This document shows, piece by piece, positions 19,486 through 30,588 of a stretch of DNA of 64,000 nucleotides. The notes beneath the pieces are model-generated. The model was not told where the DNA came from, searched no databases, and worked only from the letters and a program-made list of their open reading frames with translations. The position numbers were made by a program, and so were the translations under genes. This DNA comes from an uncultured Candidatus Saccharibacteria bacterium (GTDB lineage: Bacteria > Patescibacteriota > Minisyncoccia > Phycocordibacterales > Zambryskibacteraceae), in the NCBI GenBank assembly GCA_964618905.1, contig CAZUDK010000001.1:13982-77981 (forward strand). Direction: 5' to 3'. Each line of letters opens with the position of its first letter. Within the stretch, counting starts at the first letter, position 1.

Positions 19486-19944
19486 TTAATAAAGAAACAT
19501 CTCTTGGTTTCTCCGGCGATTTATCTCTTCGGCCCTCTCCCTGTTCTCGTGGGCGACCTGAATGTGGAAGATGGAATCAATGATCTCTTCCTGATTTTCA
19601 ACCAGTTCCTTCATCCGCTCTAGCCACCCACCTTTTTCCCTTACTACCTGGAAGTCGATTTCGTAACCCTCGCTATCCTTGGAATACGAGGCCTCAAATA
19701 CTAAAACTTTTTCCTTCCTCTTATCGGATGAAAAATGATCGAAGACTTTTGCCCGACAGTCCGTAACAAGATGCTCGCGCGTGGAGAGCCAGCTAAAGTG
19801 CATGGATAAGCCTTTTACAAGCTCAGGCTCGGAAAATTCAAACGAATTATAGACAACTTCCGAGCCTCTGTTCTCCTTCATGCTTGATTTGTCGAGCATC
19901 GAGGTTATGTGCTGTACGGCAACAAAAATTTCCATATCTGACAT
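19486..19944 (-). CDS. Hypothetical protein
   Basis: ORF between two hairpins; start uncertain. Confidence 0.5.
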   Translation of the reverse strand: MSDMEIFVAVQHITSMLDKSSMKENRGSEVVYNSFEFSEPELVKGLSMHFSWLSTREHLVTDCRAKVFDHFSSDKRKEKVLVFEASYSKDSEGYEIDFQVVREKGGWLERMKELVENQEEIIDSIFHIQVAHENRERAEEINRRRNQEMFLY

Positions 19945-20030
19945 GCCGAATCTCCAAGATTCCGAGATAAAGTCTGACGAACATTTCCGCAAGACATATT
20001 ATTTATCTGAAGTGAATTGTCAACTTAAGC

Positions 20031-20064
20031 AACACAAAACCCCGCTTTCGCGGGGTTTTGTGTT
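20031..20064. terminator. Intrinsic terminator hairpin
   Basis: AACACAAAACCCCGC-TTTC-GCGGGGTTTTGTGTT, just downstream of the minus-strand gene ending at 20081. Confidence 0.75.
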
Positions 20065-20080
20065 TGAGTCAAATGCTTTT

Positions 20081-20242
20081 TTATGCAGCTGACTTTGGCA
20101 GTATCTTGTACATGCCGGTACCGCATACAGAGCAAGTGCCTTTAGCGGCCGGACGGCCGGGCTTGATTTCAGTCTTTGTGACATCCTTCATCTCCCGCTT
20201 CTCCTTGCACTTTACGCAATATCCTATGATTTTGTCTTCCAT
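20081..20242 (-). CDS. Small zinc-ribbon protein, DUF5679-like
   Basis: MEDKIIGYCVKCKEKREM...KGTCSVCGTGMYKIL; 53 aa from ATG 20242. Confidence 0.8.
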   Translation of the reverse strand: MEDKIIGYCVKCKEKREMKDVTKTEIKPGRPAAKGTCSVCGTGMYKILPKSAA

Positions 20243-20272
20243 AACATTAATTATATATTGATATACAATCTG

Positions 20273-20301
20273 ACTATACACATTATCCCCAGTCAAGGCA
20301 A
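20273..20301 (-). promoter_or_regulatory. Sigma-70-like promoter for the zinc-ribbon gene
   Basis: TTGCCT-17 nt-TATAGT on minus strand. Confidence 0.45.
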
Positions 20302-20305
20302 TACC

Positions 20306-20314
20306 TTGGTGGAC
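20306..20314 (+). repeat. Left att core, copy of tRNA-Ala 3' end
   Basis: TTGGTGGAC identical to 33988-33996. Confidence 0.8.
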
Positions 20315-20411
20315 TACATCCGCGTGAATTGGAACCAAATCCTTGAAGGATTGCAGGAGTGGCAAGCCATCTTGCAGCCCCAATATGCGGTCGTATAAGC
20401 CCATTATAGCT

Positions 20412-21122
20412 ATGACAGAGCCAAAAGCACAGCAGAATACCAAGACCACCAAGTTCTCGTTCTACGAGGATTTTGATGGCAAATACCACAAGGTTGGAGA
20501 GATTCGTGAGCTTATCCCACAGTTCAAGGCGTTCTACCTTGCCGAGCGCCGTCGAGAACCAGAGCGAAGCGCTATCAAGATAATCAACGACTTCAACAAG
20601 AGCATCGCCCCATTCACTTTCTTTCCTTGGGAAAAGCAATACCGTTTATGGCGCAAGAAATGGGATGCTCAACTTTTGGCAGAACAAGGTTATCGAGAAG
20701 AACAACGAGCCGTGCGACAAATCATCAAAATGCGCGATGAACAGCAGGTTGCAATTGTGCCTGACGAATATGCGCTCGGGGCTGGCGCACGAACTCTTGC
20801 TGGCGAGCTGCTCAACGACGCAATGGAGATTCTCAAACAAGACCAAGAATCAGCAGAATTGTATGAAGACGATATTATCGTCAAACGTCGCAACTACGTG
20901 CTCAATGTGTTCAACTATGTAATGAAAGCATCTCACACCAAGGAAGCATTGAATATCAAAACAAACGCAGAGAAACGTGAGACCGCAAACTTTATGATGA
21001 GTATCTTGAATCGTGCAACCGCTGGCAAACTAACAGATGACGAAATGAGCTTGCTGCGTGCCTCGGTCAACCCTGGTCTTCGGGATGAGACCACAGATGT
21101 TCCTGTAACCACTCCTTCTTGA
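20412..21122 (+). CDS. Hypothetical protein in the element
   Basis: 236 aa from ATG 20412; predominantly helical; no family recognised. Confidence 0.7.
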   Translation: MTEPKAQQNTKTTKFSFYEDFDGKYHKVGEIRELIPQFKAFYLAERRREPERSAIKIINDFNKSIAPFTFFPWEKQYRLWRKKWDAQLLAEQGYREEQRAVRQIIKMRDEQQVAIVPDEYALGAGARTLAGELLNDAMEILKQDQESAELYEDDIIVKRRNYVLNVFNYVMKASHTKEALNIKTNAEKRETANFMMSILNRATAGKLTDDEMSLLRASVNPGLRDETTDVPVTTPS

Positions 21123-21255
21123 TAGGGCGATACACTGCGTCGAAAAGTGTCAGCAAGCTGGCTGCTTCTTCCATAGCAAGTTCATCAGAGATGTCCTCTC
21201 CTTTTTCTTCTTTGTAGATTCTTTTGAACTCCTCTAATGCTTCTTTTGAAACCAT
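21067..21255 (-). CDS. Small helical hypothetical protein, last gene of hsd operon
   Basis: MVSKEALEEFKRIYKEEKGEDISDELAMEEAASLLTLFDAVYRP; ATG directly after the S49 gene stop. Confidence 0.7.
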   Translation of the reverse strand: MVSKEALEEFKRIYKEEKGEDISDELAMEEAASLLTLFDAVYRPIKKEWLQEHLWSHPEDQG

Positions 21256-21256
21256 A

Positions 21257-22063
21257 TTAGTACCAACATAACTCAACTGGTTCACCGATTTGTTCAGCAA
21301 TGTATTCAGTAACAGTGGTAAGGTCTCCAACCTTATCAATCAGCCCGTGTTCGAGCGCATCCATGCCAAGGTAAGTAAGTCCGTTAGCAAGCCCCGCGAC
21401 TTTTTCTCTTTCAAGATTTCTGTTTGATGCAACTTCATCAACAAACACTTCGTGTATCTTCTTTATGTCAGAAAGTACGGCTGCACGTTCCGTTGCGTTT
21501 AGTGGACGTGATGGGTCTCCTGCATCCTTGTGTGGAGCTGATGACAGCTCAACATAGGTATAACCCTCCTGTGCATTTTTGCGGGTCTCATCGAGATACG
21601 ATGCGGTAACACCGATACTCCCTACATCAGAAATGCGAGAGGCAAAAACCGTGTCTGCACCCGTAGCTGCCCAATATGCAGCAGATGCTCCGACAGAACG
21701 GATAAGAGCCACGGATGGCTTATCAAGAGCTTTGAGAGCGTTGGCTACTTCTTCGCCAGTGGTAATATCTCCGCCAAAAGAATCAATAGAAAGCAGGAAC
21801 GCTTTGATTTGTGGGTTACCTTCTGCATAGTGAATAGCATCCACAATGTATTCCGATGAAGCTACATCAGATTCAAGCCCCTCGGCACTCGTCTCGGTAG
21901 TGTACGTTGCCAAGTAACCGTTCATATTAGAAACAAGTACATTACAGCTTGCAGGTATTTCTGCGTCTGCGTATTCATCCTCATACGAACCAGCCCACGC
22001 GCCCACAATAAGAGCAATGATTGCTGTAATGATTATGAGAATGATTGCTGTTTTCTTTTTCAT
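21257..22063 (-). CDS. S49 family serine peptidase (SppA-like)
   Basis: N-terminal TM; [20 protein letters not shown]; ATGA overlap with hsdR stop. Confidence 0.88.
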   Translation of the reverse strand: MKKKTAIILIIITAIIALIVGAWAGSYEDEYADAEIPASCNVLVSNMNGYLATYTTETSAEGLESDVASSEYIVDAIHYAEGNPQIKAFLLSIDSFGGDITTGEEVANALKALDKPSVALIRSVGASAAYWAATGADTVFASRISDVGSIGVTASYLDETRKNAQEGYTYVELSSAPHKDAGDPSRPLNATERAAVLSDIKKIHEVFVDEVASNRNLEREKVAGLANGLTYLGMDALEHGLIDKVGDLTTVTEYIAEQIGEPVELCWY

Positions 22064-25000
22064 GATGTTTTCTCCCATACGTCAGCGAATAATTCCGCTT
22101 GCTTCAATACCGTTTCAGTAGCGATTGCTTGCTTGTCTGGCGGATAACCAAATTGTGCAAGGGTTCGCTTCACAAGCACGCGCAGACGTGCCTGTACGTT
22201 CTCACGGATAGTCCAGTCAATTGAGGTGTTCTTGCGAACCTTATCAACAAGCACTCGTGCAAGGTCTCGTAGATTTTCATCACCAAGCACCTCTCGTGCG
22301 CTGTCGTTGATTGCAAGTGCATCATAGAAAGCAATCTCGTCATCAGAAAGTCCCAAGTCCTTACCCCGCGCATCCTCCTCGCTGATTTTCTTTGCAAGTT
22401 CAATAAGTTCCTGGATGACTTCGGAAGCGGTCAATAGATTGTTCTGGTACTTCTTGATTGTCTTATCAAGTAGTTCAGATAACTTCTTTCCTTGGATAGC
22501 ATTGCGACGCAAACGCAGCTTGATTTCATCATTCAAAACTTTGCGCAACAGTTCCATTGCCAAGTTGCGATGCTTCATCCCTTGAACTTCGGCAAGGAAC
22601 TCGTCAGACAACACAGAAAGGTCTGGCTTTTGTACACCAGCCGCTGCGAAAATGTCCACGACACCTTCGGCAACAAGTGCCTGGTCAACAATCTGGCGAA
22701 TAGCCGAACCGATGTTTTCAGTTCCTGGCGTACCTTCTGGTTCAAACTTTACCAGGCGTGCCTTGATTGCCTGGAAGAAGCCGACTTCATCACGTATCTC
22801 CATTGACGCTTCGCTCGGCACTGCAAGTGCGAACGATTGAGAAAGCGCCATAGTTTCTTTTATGAACCGCTCTTTAGCACTCGGTGTTTTGCGTTCTTTG
22901 CCTGATACACCAACTTCTTCGCCTTTATCTTGTCCAAGAATATGCTCCTGCGCTTCAAGGATAATACCGAGCTTCTGGTGTGTGTCAGCAGCGAAGTATC
23001 GCTGGTAGTCAAAGTCATGGAACATTGCTTTTACTACTTCGTATTTCTCCATCATCACCTCAATAGCTTGCTCCTGTGTATTTGTCGGTTCACCCTTACC
23101 GCCACTTTGCGTGTACACAGCAAGTGCCTTCTGCAAGTCAGCAGCAAATCCAATGTAGTCAACAATAAGACCTCCTGGCTTGTCCTTATAGACACGATTC
23201 ACACGGGCGATAGCTTGCATCAAGTTGTGCCCACGCATGAGCTTATCAACGTACATCGTATGCAAACACGGCACATCAAATCCTGTTAGCCACATGTCCC
23301 GCACAATAACGAGCTGCAATGGATTCGCGGCATCCTTGAATCGTTCAGCAAGTTTTCGGCGATTTTCTTTATTTGTATGGTGTGGTTGAAACTCTCGCGG
23401 GTCGCTTGAGCTTGCCGTCATCACCACTTTGATTGTGCCTTTATCCAAATCGTTACTATGCCAATTAGGACGTAGTGCGACTATCTCCTCGTATAGCTCA
23501 ACAGCAATACGACGACTCATTGCTACTATCATGCCTTTGCCAGTAAATACTTCTTGGCGTGCTTCAAAGTGTTCAACAATATCCTTCGCTACTTGTTTTA
23601 TTCGTTCACGATTACCAACAATAGCTTCAAGCTGTGCCCACTTTGCTTTGGCTTTTTCTTTGGTGGTGAACTCAACACCTTCTGCTACTGCTTCAACGTC
23701 TTCATCCATCTCTGCTTTCTTGTCGTCAGGTAGGTGCACCTTCACAAGTCGGCTTTCATAGTAGATTGGCACCGTTGCCTTATCTTCAACAGCACGCTGG
23801 ATGTCATACACATCAAGATATTCACCGAATACAGCAGGGGTTGATTTGTCTTCTTTTTCAACAGGCGTACCAGTAAAACCAATGAATGAAGCGTTAGGAA
23901 GTGCGTCGCGTAGATACTTCGCATTACCATATCGAGTGATTGCTTCATCGTCTTTGAAAACTGTTCGAGCAGCAAACCCATATTGACTACGGTGCGCTTC
24001 ATCAGCCATCACAACGATATTCTTGCGGTCAGTGAGCATGTCGTACGTCTCACCTCCGTTTTCGGGAAAGAACTTCTGAATCGTAGTAAATACAATTCCT
24101 CCTCCCGCTGTTTGTAGCAATTTCTTCAAGTGTTCACGACTTTCTGCCTGCACTGGTTCTTGTCGTAGCAAACCACGACTTGCAGCAAAGGTATCAAAAA
24201 GTTGGTCATCCAAATCATTGCGGTCGGTAATAACAACAACGGTTGGGTTGTCGAGAGACAAAACCACCTTACCTGTATAGAACACCATAGAGAGCGACTT
24301 GCCCGAACCCTGCGTATGCCACACCACTCCAATTTTTCTTTCACCATGTTCAGCTGTTGCCTGTACTGTTGAGCCAATCGCTTTGTTCACCACGTAATAC
24401 TGGTGGTAAGCGGCAATTTTCTTGATAGTTTCGACGATGGTTTGTCCCGTTTTTGCATCTTCGCGTCGCGCTTTTTCAAAAACCGTGAAGCTGCGTACTA
24501 CATCAAGGAGCACCTCTGGTATGAGCATCTCTTGAACCAAAACCTGCATCTGCGGAGTGGTCTTTTCTTTCTCACGTTTTCCTTCTGGGGCACGCCATAC
24601 AGCGAAACGCTCCCAATTTGTAGTAAGAGCACCTGCTTTAGCGTCGATACCATCTGATGCGACAAGCACGCTGTTGTATGCAAAGAGCTGTGGTATTGCT
24701 CGCTTGTAGTTGTCGAGTTGTGTATATGCTTTATGTACTGTGGCATTTTCATCCACTGGATTTTTGAGTTCAATGACAACGAGCGGCAAGCCGTTCACGA
24801 TAAGTACCACGTCTGGGCGCTTGCTTGAATTATCAAAAGGAACTGTGAATTGGTTAGAAACAACCAAGTCATTGTTGCGTGCATTATCAAAATCTATGAG
24901 ATGAACAATCTCTCCACGTTGTTCTCCGTCGTTGTAGTCGTGTACGCTTACACCATCAGTAAGCATCCGTTGGAACTCCTCATTTGCTTCCGCAAGGAGT

Positions 25001-25227
25001 GGTTGTGACGCCACTTGCAGCACCTTCTTGATGGCGTCTTCTCTTGCATCTTCGGAAACATTTGGATTGAGGCGTTCTACGGCAGCACGTAAGCGTGATT
25101 GCAAAATAACCTCACGCAAATCACCGCGCTCTGCTTCTTGCTCGTCTGGGGCAAGGTAGGTGTAGCCCTGCTGTTCAAGCAGTTCGACAACCCATTTTTC
25201 TATATCGCTTTCGTAGATTCGGCTCAT
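22060..25227 (-). CDS. hsdR: Type I restriction endonuclease subunit R
   Basis: [52 protein letters not shown]. Confidence 0.97.
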   Translation of the reverse strand: MSRIYESDIEKWVVELLEQQGYTYLAPDEQEAERGDLREVILQSRLRAAVERLNPNVSEDAREDAIKKVLQVASQPLLAEANEEFQRMLTDGVSVHDYNDGEQRGEIVHLIDFDNARNNDLVVSNQFTVPFDNSSKRPDVVLIVNGLPLVVIELKNPVDENATVHKAYTQLDNYKRAIPQLFAYNSVLVASDGIDAKAGALTTNWERFAVWRAPEGKREKEKTTPQMQVLVQEMLIPEVLLDVVRSFTVFEKARREDAKTGQTIVETIKKIAAYHQYYVVNKAIGSTVQATAEHGERKIGVVWHTQGSGKSLSMVFYTGKVVLSLDNPTVVVITDRNDLDDQLFDTFAASRGLLRQEPVQAESREHLKKLLQTAGGGIVFTTIQKFFPENGGETYDMLTDRKNIVVMADEAHRSQYGFAARTVFKDDEAITRYGNAKYLRDALPNASFIGFTGTPVEKEDKSTPAVFGEYLDVYDIQRAVEDKATVPIYYESRLVKVHLPDDKKAEMDEDVEAVAEGVEFTTKEKAKAKWAQLEAIVGNRERIKQVAKDIVEHFEARQEVFTGKGMIVAMSRRIAVELYEEIVALRPNWHSNDLDKGTIKVVMTASSSDPREFQPHHTNKENRRKLAERFKDAANPLQLVIVRDMWLTGFDVPCLHTMYVDKLMRGHNLMQAIARVNRVYKDKPGGLIVDYIGFAADLQKALAVYTQSGGKGEPTNTQEQAIEVMMEKYEVVKAMFHDFDYQRYFAADTHQKLGIILEAQEHILGQDKGEEVGVSGKERKTPSAKERFIKETMALSQSFALAVPSEASMEIRDEVGFFQAIKARLVKFEPEGTPGTENIGSAIRQIVDQALVAEGVVDIFAAAGVQKPDLSVLSDEFLAEVQGMKHRNLAMELLRKVLNDEIKLRLRRNAIQGKKLSELLDKTIKKYQNNLLTASEVIQELIELAKKISEEDARGKDLGLSDDEIAFYDALAINDSAREVLGDENLRDLARVLVDKVRKNTSIDWTIRENVQARLRVLVKRTLAQFGYPPDKQAIATETVLKQAELFADVWEKTS

Positions 25228-25229
25228 AA

Positions 25230-26036
25230 CTAAAATAATGTTTTTGATATCTTACGCACGCCAGTAATAAGGTCATCAATCTCTTGCTCCTTCGGCTCCC
25301 GACCTTTCTTGTGGTCACAGAGATTGCGAATATCAGCAAGAAACTGAACATTCCTCCACACAGGAACATCAATCACTGTGGCATTCTTGAGGGCGTCGTT
25401 ATAGTCAGCAATTGTCGGCTTCGCTTTCTTGATAGCTGTACTATGGTTGGCACAAACCTCTCTCAAGTGTGCCTCCAACACCACACCAGCCAAAGCACCA
25501 GCCGCTCGCAGAAAACCCTTTTTCTTGAGTTCTTCTGCTGCGTCCAATTCGTTATCAAACAAGTCTGCTTGAAGAAGTGCTCGTATATCAAACAACGAAC
25601 TCTCAAAGGTCTTTTTGAGTGCTTCTATAATGTTCACCTGCTGTTTGAACTTCGGAACAGCAGCATCCTGCCCAACAACCTTTGTTTTTTCATACCCACG
25701 AGTGACACTCATACCGTTCAGATAATCCTGTATGACATAGTTTTCATAGTTGATTGAGTCGGTTTTTCGATTCTTTGCTGGTCGGTAGTACGACACAAAA
25801 TCATCAACTCGTGACGGTAGAATCTGCTGCAAAACAGCAAGGGCTTCTGAATACCATGGCTGGTATTCTTCACTAAATTGCCCGACGGCTTTTTTGGTTT
25901 TTGCAACCGTGTCCTTGTCCAGCCCTGACCGCTCAAGTTCTTCCGCACTAAAACAATCAATAATCATCCTGTAATACAGGACATTGCCCTTGTCCACGAG
26001 TTTCTTTATGTCTTCTTTGTATTTTTCTGTTTTCAT
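25230..26036 (-). CDS. HEPN-like domain protein
   Basis: C-terminal [13 protein letters not shown]...IRNLCDH (RxxxxH). Confidence 0.7.
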   Translation of the reverse strand: MKTEKYKEDIKKLVDKGNVLYYRMIIDCFSAEELERSGLDKDTVAKTKKAVGQFSEEYQPWYSEALAVLQQILPSRVDDFVSYYRPAKNRKTDSINYENYVIQDYLNGMSVTRGYEKTKVVGQDAAVPKFKQQVNIIEALKKTFESSLFDIRALLQADLFDNELDAAEELKKKGFLRAAGALAGVVLEAHLREVCANHSTAIKKAKPTIADYNDALKNATVIDVPVWRNVQFLADIRNLCDHKKGREPKEQEIDDLITGVRKISKTLF

Positions 26037-27259
26037 ACTTTTATTTCGCCACTTATTAGCCGAGGTAACAATGCGTCACGTGTAGAAGATAACGCTTTGA
26101 TACTTCGTATATTCAAAAGGATTTTGTCGAAAATCGGAGATGAGATTTTTGAAAATGATTCAAGTAATTTTGCAGGGGGTAAAGCGGTTTCAATACGACG
26201 AAACGAACTTTTACTAATTTCCATGAACGTAGAACCATTCGCTGCTGCAAGAATGAGGGGCATGTTTGCTTTCAACCAAAGAAAAGTAAAGAGGTTGTCC
26301 CAAGGACTGCGTGCATTGATAGCTATGTATCCTTGATTGATTGCAACTGGTATAGCAGAGATTGCGATGTATCCAATTGGGGCACGTGAAGAAAGAAGTA
26401 AAGTACCTACTGGCAGTAGTCCACTACTAATACGTGTCAATCCCTTATCTGTAATCCGACTGTTGGTATCGAGCAGGAAAGCGTCTGGTCTATCAGACAA
26501 ATCCTTTGGTGTCGTCCAGTGAATGTCTCCGTCCCAATACTCGGGATTTTTTGTTGAGGGCGTTGTGCCTCCTTTTACGTCGAGTATATCGTCGAGTGTG
26601 CCCATTTCCCAGTCATGAGGTAGTGCATCATCAATCGTTGGCTTCAAAAACCACTCATTGAAAATTGTTTGAGCAATTCGTTCTAACGTCTCGTTTTGCT
26701 TTTTGAGTAATTCAATTTTGTCATCCAAACATTGAAGAACATCTACGATTGATTGTTGTGTTGTTACTGGTGGTAAATCAATCACAGTTGATTTGAGATT
26801 GGTGACGGGTTGAGCAAGTGACGGGACGCCGACCTGATTGGCGTATGTCATGAGTTGATGCAGACCCTGTGGAGAGTGAAAGTAGTAAGTTAGAAACTCG
26901 GCAGAAAGTTTCTTATTTGGTCGTAAATAAAATTGTCGTTGGGAAAGAATGTATCGTTCGTATTTTGAGTTTTTAGGAATATAGGCGACTTGTCCAATGT
27001 TTCCAGCATGAGTAAAAACTACATCACCTCGTTGTACATTCGCGCTCGAAAGTCGGTCAGCATGTTCAGGAGTAATAAAATTGTACGCTACGTCAGCAAG
27101 ACGGATACCACGAAGGTGAGCACCGCTAATTACAGGCACCCCCTCTTCAACAAAAGTATCAACCTTGATATTAGACCCAAACGGACCCATCGCAATTTTC
27201 TCGGCAACTTCGCCGAGTGTTGTTTCCTGCCATTCTTTTTTAGTCGTTGTCTTCGTCAT
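26033..27259 (-). CDS. hsdS: Type I R-M specificity subunit S
   Basis: Two TRDs with W..TLG / LPP..Q..I and RDALLPRLISGE conserved regions. Confidence 0.95.
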   Translation of the reverse strand: MTKTTTKKEWQETTLGEVAEKIAMGPFGSNIKVDTFVEEGVPVISGAHLRGIRLADVAYNFITPEHADRLSSANVQRGDVVFTHAGNIGQVAYIPKNSKYERYILSQRQFYLRPNKKLSAEFLTYYFHSPQGLHQLMTYANQVGVPSLAQPVTNLKSTVIDLPPVTTQQSIVDVLQCLDDKIELLKKQNETLERIAQTIFNEWFLKPTIDDALPHDWEMGTLDDILDVKGGTTPSTKNPEYWDGDIHWTTPKDLSDRPDAFLLDTNSRITDKGLTRISSGLLPVGTLLLSSRAPIGYIAISAIPVAINQGYIAINARSPWDNLFTFLWLKANMPLILAAANGSTFMEISKSSFRRIETALPPAKLLESFSKISSPIFDKILLNIRSIKALSSTRDALLPRLISGEIKV

Positions 27260-27263
27260 GGTT

Positions 27264-27896
27264 TTATTCTGTTTGCCCGTCGCGCTTGGCTATGTTTTCG
27301 CGGTCTTCTTCTGGCAAGCTGCCATACAAAGCATCAATCTCTTGTGGCTCGGTAATCATTTTTTCTGCAATGATATTCACCAAGCGAAAAAGTGCTTCGG
27401 CAGTTTGTGGCTGGTCATCAAGGTTTATCTGTCCAGGATGCACAGCATGGTTGCCGATAACTCGTACCGTATCGAGCATTTGCTGTACCTTCTTCGGTAG
27501 TCCGTTCTCAACAAGAGTTGCTATATCGGTATTGAGGTTTTTGCCTTCACCTCCAACAGATGCACAAAGCTTCTGAATAGCGAGACGTAAAAGAGCGGCT
27601 GCTGCTCGTGGTGACTTTTGTACAATTTGCGCGGCTTCCTCGTAGTCACGCTTCACTTCTGTCGGCAGGTCACTGCTTGGCTTCTCAACAGGAGTATTCG
27701 TTGGTCGTATCATTTCACCGTAATACCAAACAGAAAAATCCTTACACTGGCTACAAATCGCAATACTCAATCCTTGAATATGTGCGTTGCCTTGTGTCCA
27801 CGTACCACTCCATGTTTGGTGTGCATACGCAGTACAATGCGGGCAGTTGAACGCATTTCCATTTAGATATGGGACTGTGTAGGGTATGTCTGTCAT
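27264..27896 (-). CDS. DUF4145 (HEPN) domain protein with N-terminal zinc ribbon
   Basis: CPHC...CSQC; DYEEA...[14 protein letters not shown]; RVIGNHAVH. Confidence 0.85.
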   Translation of the reverse strand: MTDIPYTVPYLNGNAFNCPHCTAYAHQTWSGTWTQGNAHIQGLSIAICSQCKDFSVWYYGEMIRPTNTPVEKPSSDLPTEVKRDYEEAAQIVQKSPRAAAALLRLAIQKLCASVGGEGKNLNTDIATLVENGLPKKVQQMLDTVRVIGNHAVHPGQINLDDQPQTAEALFRLVNIIAEKMITEPQEIDALYGSLPEEDRENIAKRDGQTE

Positions 27897-29458
27897 AGGT
27901 TGAATCCAATTTTCTTTAGCTGCTTCTCAATCTCGACATTGAGTTTTTCCTCCTCCTTTATCTGCTCCTTCAAAGTAGAGGTGAGGCGTGCCATTTTTTC
28001 TTCAAACGGCTCACCATCATCTTCAATAACGGCTGCACCGACATAACGTCCAGGAGTAAGAACGTAATTATGCTTTTGAATATCGGGCAATGTGGCAGAC
28101 TTACAGAAACCTTTGATGTCTTTGTATTTGCTTTCTTTGCTGCGCCATTCGTGATACGTGCTGGTGATTTTCTTCACCACTTCGGGCGTGAACTCACGAT
28201 GCGTACGGTCTACAAGATGTCCCATCTCCGAAGCGTCAATAAAGAGCACTTCGCCTGTACGCTTGCGGTCTCCGTTTCCGAGACGCTTGCGTGATATGAA
28301 CCAAAGACATGCAGGAATACCAGTGTTATAGAAAAGTTGTTTTGGAAGGGAGACAATACAATCTACGAGGTCAGCATCAACAATGTTTTTACGAATCTCA
28401 CCCTCGCCACTTGATTGAGAAGAGAGGGAGCCATTCGCCAAGACCATTGCCATGACACCCTTCGGAGCAAGGTGATGAATCATGTGCTGCATCCATGCAA
28501 AGTTGGCATTGTTTGCAGGTGGTGTGCCGTACTGCCATCGTGGGTCATTTTTCACAATATCCCAACCCCAGTCACTTTGATTGAATGGTGGATTGGCGAT
28601 GATGTAGTCAGCTTTCAAGTCAGGATGTGCGTCTTTGAGGAAAGAACCTTCGCTATTCCATTGCACCTGCGAACTATCAATACCGCGAATGGCAAGGTTC
28701 ATGCGAGCCAAACGATAGGTGGTGTGATTGCTTTCTTGTCCGAAGATAGAAATGTCATCAATACGTCCACGATGTGAGAGTACAAACTTCTCACTCATCA
28801 CAAACATACCGCCAGAACCACAAGCGGGGTCATAAACGCGTCCTTTATGTGGCTCAATCATTTCAACCATCAGCTCAACAATACTGCGAGGTGTATAGAA
28901 CTGTCCGCCTTTCTTTCCTTCGGCTGCCGCAAACTCACCAAGGAAGTATTCATACACACGACCGAGGATGTCTTTTGATTTTGCAGCTTCATCGCCCAAC
29001 GCAATGTTCCCGATAAGGTCAATGAGGGCACCGAGCGCGAGTTTATCTATGTTTGGAGTGGCATACACCTTCGGCAAAATACCCTTGAGGGTAGGGTTCG
29101 CTTTCTCAATCGCATCCATTGCTGCATCCAAATCCTTACCGACGCTTGGTTGCTTTGCTCGTGAATGAAGAAATGACCATCGCGCCGTTGGTGGTACCCA
29201 AAAGACATTTTCTGCACGGTATTCATCTGCATCTTCGGGGTCTGCGCCCGCATATTCAGCATCACCAGATAAAAGTTTCTGATGCAGCACCTCGAAGCTA
29301 TCAGAAATGTATTTCAAAAAAATGAGACCGAGAACAATGTGTTTGTATTCCGCTGCGTCTATGTTTTTGCGGAGTTTATCAGCAGCCGAAAAAAGCTGGC
29401 TTTCAAAGCGTCCGTTTGTATTCTCTGTACCTGCGTCTTTTTTGCTTTTAGTTTTCAT
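27893..29458 (-). CDS. hsdM: Type I R-M N6-adenine methyltransferase subunit M
   Basis: [18 protein letters not shown]; probable start ATG 29458. Confidence 0.97.
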   Translation of the reverse strand: MKTKSKKDAGTENTNGRFESQLFSAADKLRKNIDAAEYKHIVLGLIFLKYISDSFEVLHQKLLSGDAEYAGADPEDADEYRAENVFWVPPTARWSFLHSRAKQPSVGKDLDAAMDAIEKANPTLKGILPKVYATPNIDKLALGALIDLIGNIALGDEAAKSKDILGRVYEYFLGEFAAAEGKKGGQFYTPRSIVELMVEMIEPHKGRVYDPACGSGGMFVMSEKFVLSHRGRIDDISIFGQESNHTTYRLARMNLAIRGIDSSQVQWNSEGSFLKDAHPDLKADYIIANPPFNQSDWGWDIVKNDPRWQYGTPPANNANFAWMQHMIHHLAPKGVMAMVLANGSLSSQSSGEGEIRKNIVDADLVDCIVSLPKQLFYNTGIPACLWFISRKRLGNGDRKRTGEVLFIDASEMGHLVDRTHREFTPEVVKKITSTYHEWRSKESKYKDIKGFCKSATLPDIQKHNYVLTPGRYVGAAVIEDDGEPFEEKMARLTSTLKEQIKEEEKLNVEIEKQLKKIGFNL

Positions 29459-29661
29459 TTCTTTTTTGATGCCCGCTTCTTGGGTTGCACGTTCACGTTT
29501 GCTTCTATGAACTTCGCCCAATCGTCTTTATGTATTCGCCAGGTACCCAGGCGTACCGCCTTTAGTTTTCCTTCCTTGATATAGCGATACAAAGTGCGTT
29601 CGCTGATACCGAAACGCTCCACTATATCCTTTACCCGCAATAACTCTTCTTTGTTTGGCAT
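29455..29661 (-). CDS. Excisionase/MerR-like HTH protein leading the hsd operon
   Basis: [37 protein letters not shown]; ATGA overlap with hsdM. Confidence 0.85.
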   Translation of the reverse strand: MPNKEELLRVKDIVERFGISERTLYRYIKEGKLKAVRLGTWRIHKDDWAKFIEANVNVQPKKRASKKK

Positions 29662-29683
29662 AATGATGGCTCTTACGGGGAGT

Positions 29684-29746
29684 ATTTTAGCACTTTTCTG
29701 CCATTTTTGCCATGGCAGCAGAGGCAGAGTTGGCAAATTATCCACA
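29684..29746 (-). promoter_or_regulatory. Putative hsd operon promoter with 9-bp-spaced TGGCA repeats and a DnaA box
   Basis: TGGCAA-17-TAAAAT on minus strand; TGCCA at 29699 and 29708, WGGCA at 29713, 29722, 29731; TTATCCACA at 29738-29746. Confidence 0.5.
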
Positions 29747-29756
29747 GAACATGTTC

Positions 29757-29786
29757 TTGCGTTCTACTTTCAAGAATAGATATAAT
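29757..29786 (+). promoter_or_regulatory. Sigma-70-like promoter for the rightward arm
   Basis: TTGCGT-18-TATAAT. Confidence 0.45.
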
Positions 29787-30029
29787 CAGGATGTCGGTAG
29801 TTCATTGACTAAAAAGTTTGCAGACAATTAGCAAGGGTACGAGCATTAGCCAGGCATAACTAAAGCGCTCGCTTTAGTCGCAGAGGCAGCAGCATTACGC
29901 CCCGCATAAAAAGTAGCAAGTAACACGCAATCGCGTTGTTGTTTCCTTCTTTTTGCGCGGGGCTTTCTCTTTTGAGCAACCCCACCAAAAAACGGGTTGC
30001 TTTTTAGTTTGTGACACCGACGTTCGCCT

Positions 30030-30209
30030 ATGTTGAGCGTCGAGACATGCAAAAAAATAATGGGCAAGGATGCCGATAATCTCACCGATGAAAACATCGA
30101 GCAGATTAGAGATGACTTGTACATTGTTGCAAATCTTGCGTTCTCACATTGGCAACAAAGCTACGTATCAACCGATACGCAGCAAGCACTTCCTGGAAAC
30201 AGTAAGTGA
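30030..30209 (+). CDS. Small helical hypothetical protein (59 aa, not in ORF track)
   Basis: MLSVETCKKIMGKDADNLTDENIEQIRDDLYIVANLAFSHW... Confidence 0.65.
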   Translation: MLSVETCKKIMGKDADNLTDENIEQIRDDLYIVANLAFSHWQQSYVSTDTQQALPGNSK

Positions 30210-30423
30210 GTCATGAGTGATAGCCGCCAGCTGGCGGTAGCGGACGAGTGGAGCGGTAATCTCCACCTGCTGACCCCGAATCACCACGAACGCTGGACTT
30301 GGAACTGACGAGGACGAATCACCCCTTTATTGTTCCTTCTTCCGCTGCCCCGAAGGGGTACCGCCATGACAAACGCAATGCAGGTCGAGTATTGCTATTA
30401 GCAACAACAATCAGTGAAAGAGT

Positions 30424-30588
30424 ATGCGTGACAAACACTACCCAAATCGAACCGTACGCGTAGCCGATGACGTATGGGAAGCAATCAAGTCGGTAAGGAA
30501 AGAGTCGGGCTTGTCCTGGAATCTCTTTCTGAAATTGGTAACCACTAAATTGAAAAGCCATGAGCGAAACGAGAAAGAAACCGAGTGA
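30424..30588 (+). CDS. Small ribbon-helix-helix-like protein (54 aa, not in ORF track)
   Basis: MRDKHYPNRTVRVADDVWEAIKSVRKESGLSWNLFLK: alternating beta strand, helix, G, helix. Confidence 0.55.
   Translation: MRDKHYPNRTVRVADDVWEAIKSVRKESGLSWNLFLKLVTTKLKSHERNEKETE

Noticed and set aside
20315-20326. YIRV at the start of the predicted tail matches the recombinase catalytic YIRV
   Set aside because: Four residues with mostly different codons and no following Ser; probably coincidence.
20081-20452. 123-aa version of the zinc-ribbon ORF
   Set aside because: The extension crosses the att site and its own promoter; ATG 20242 is more plausible.
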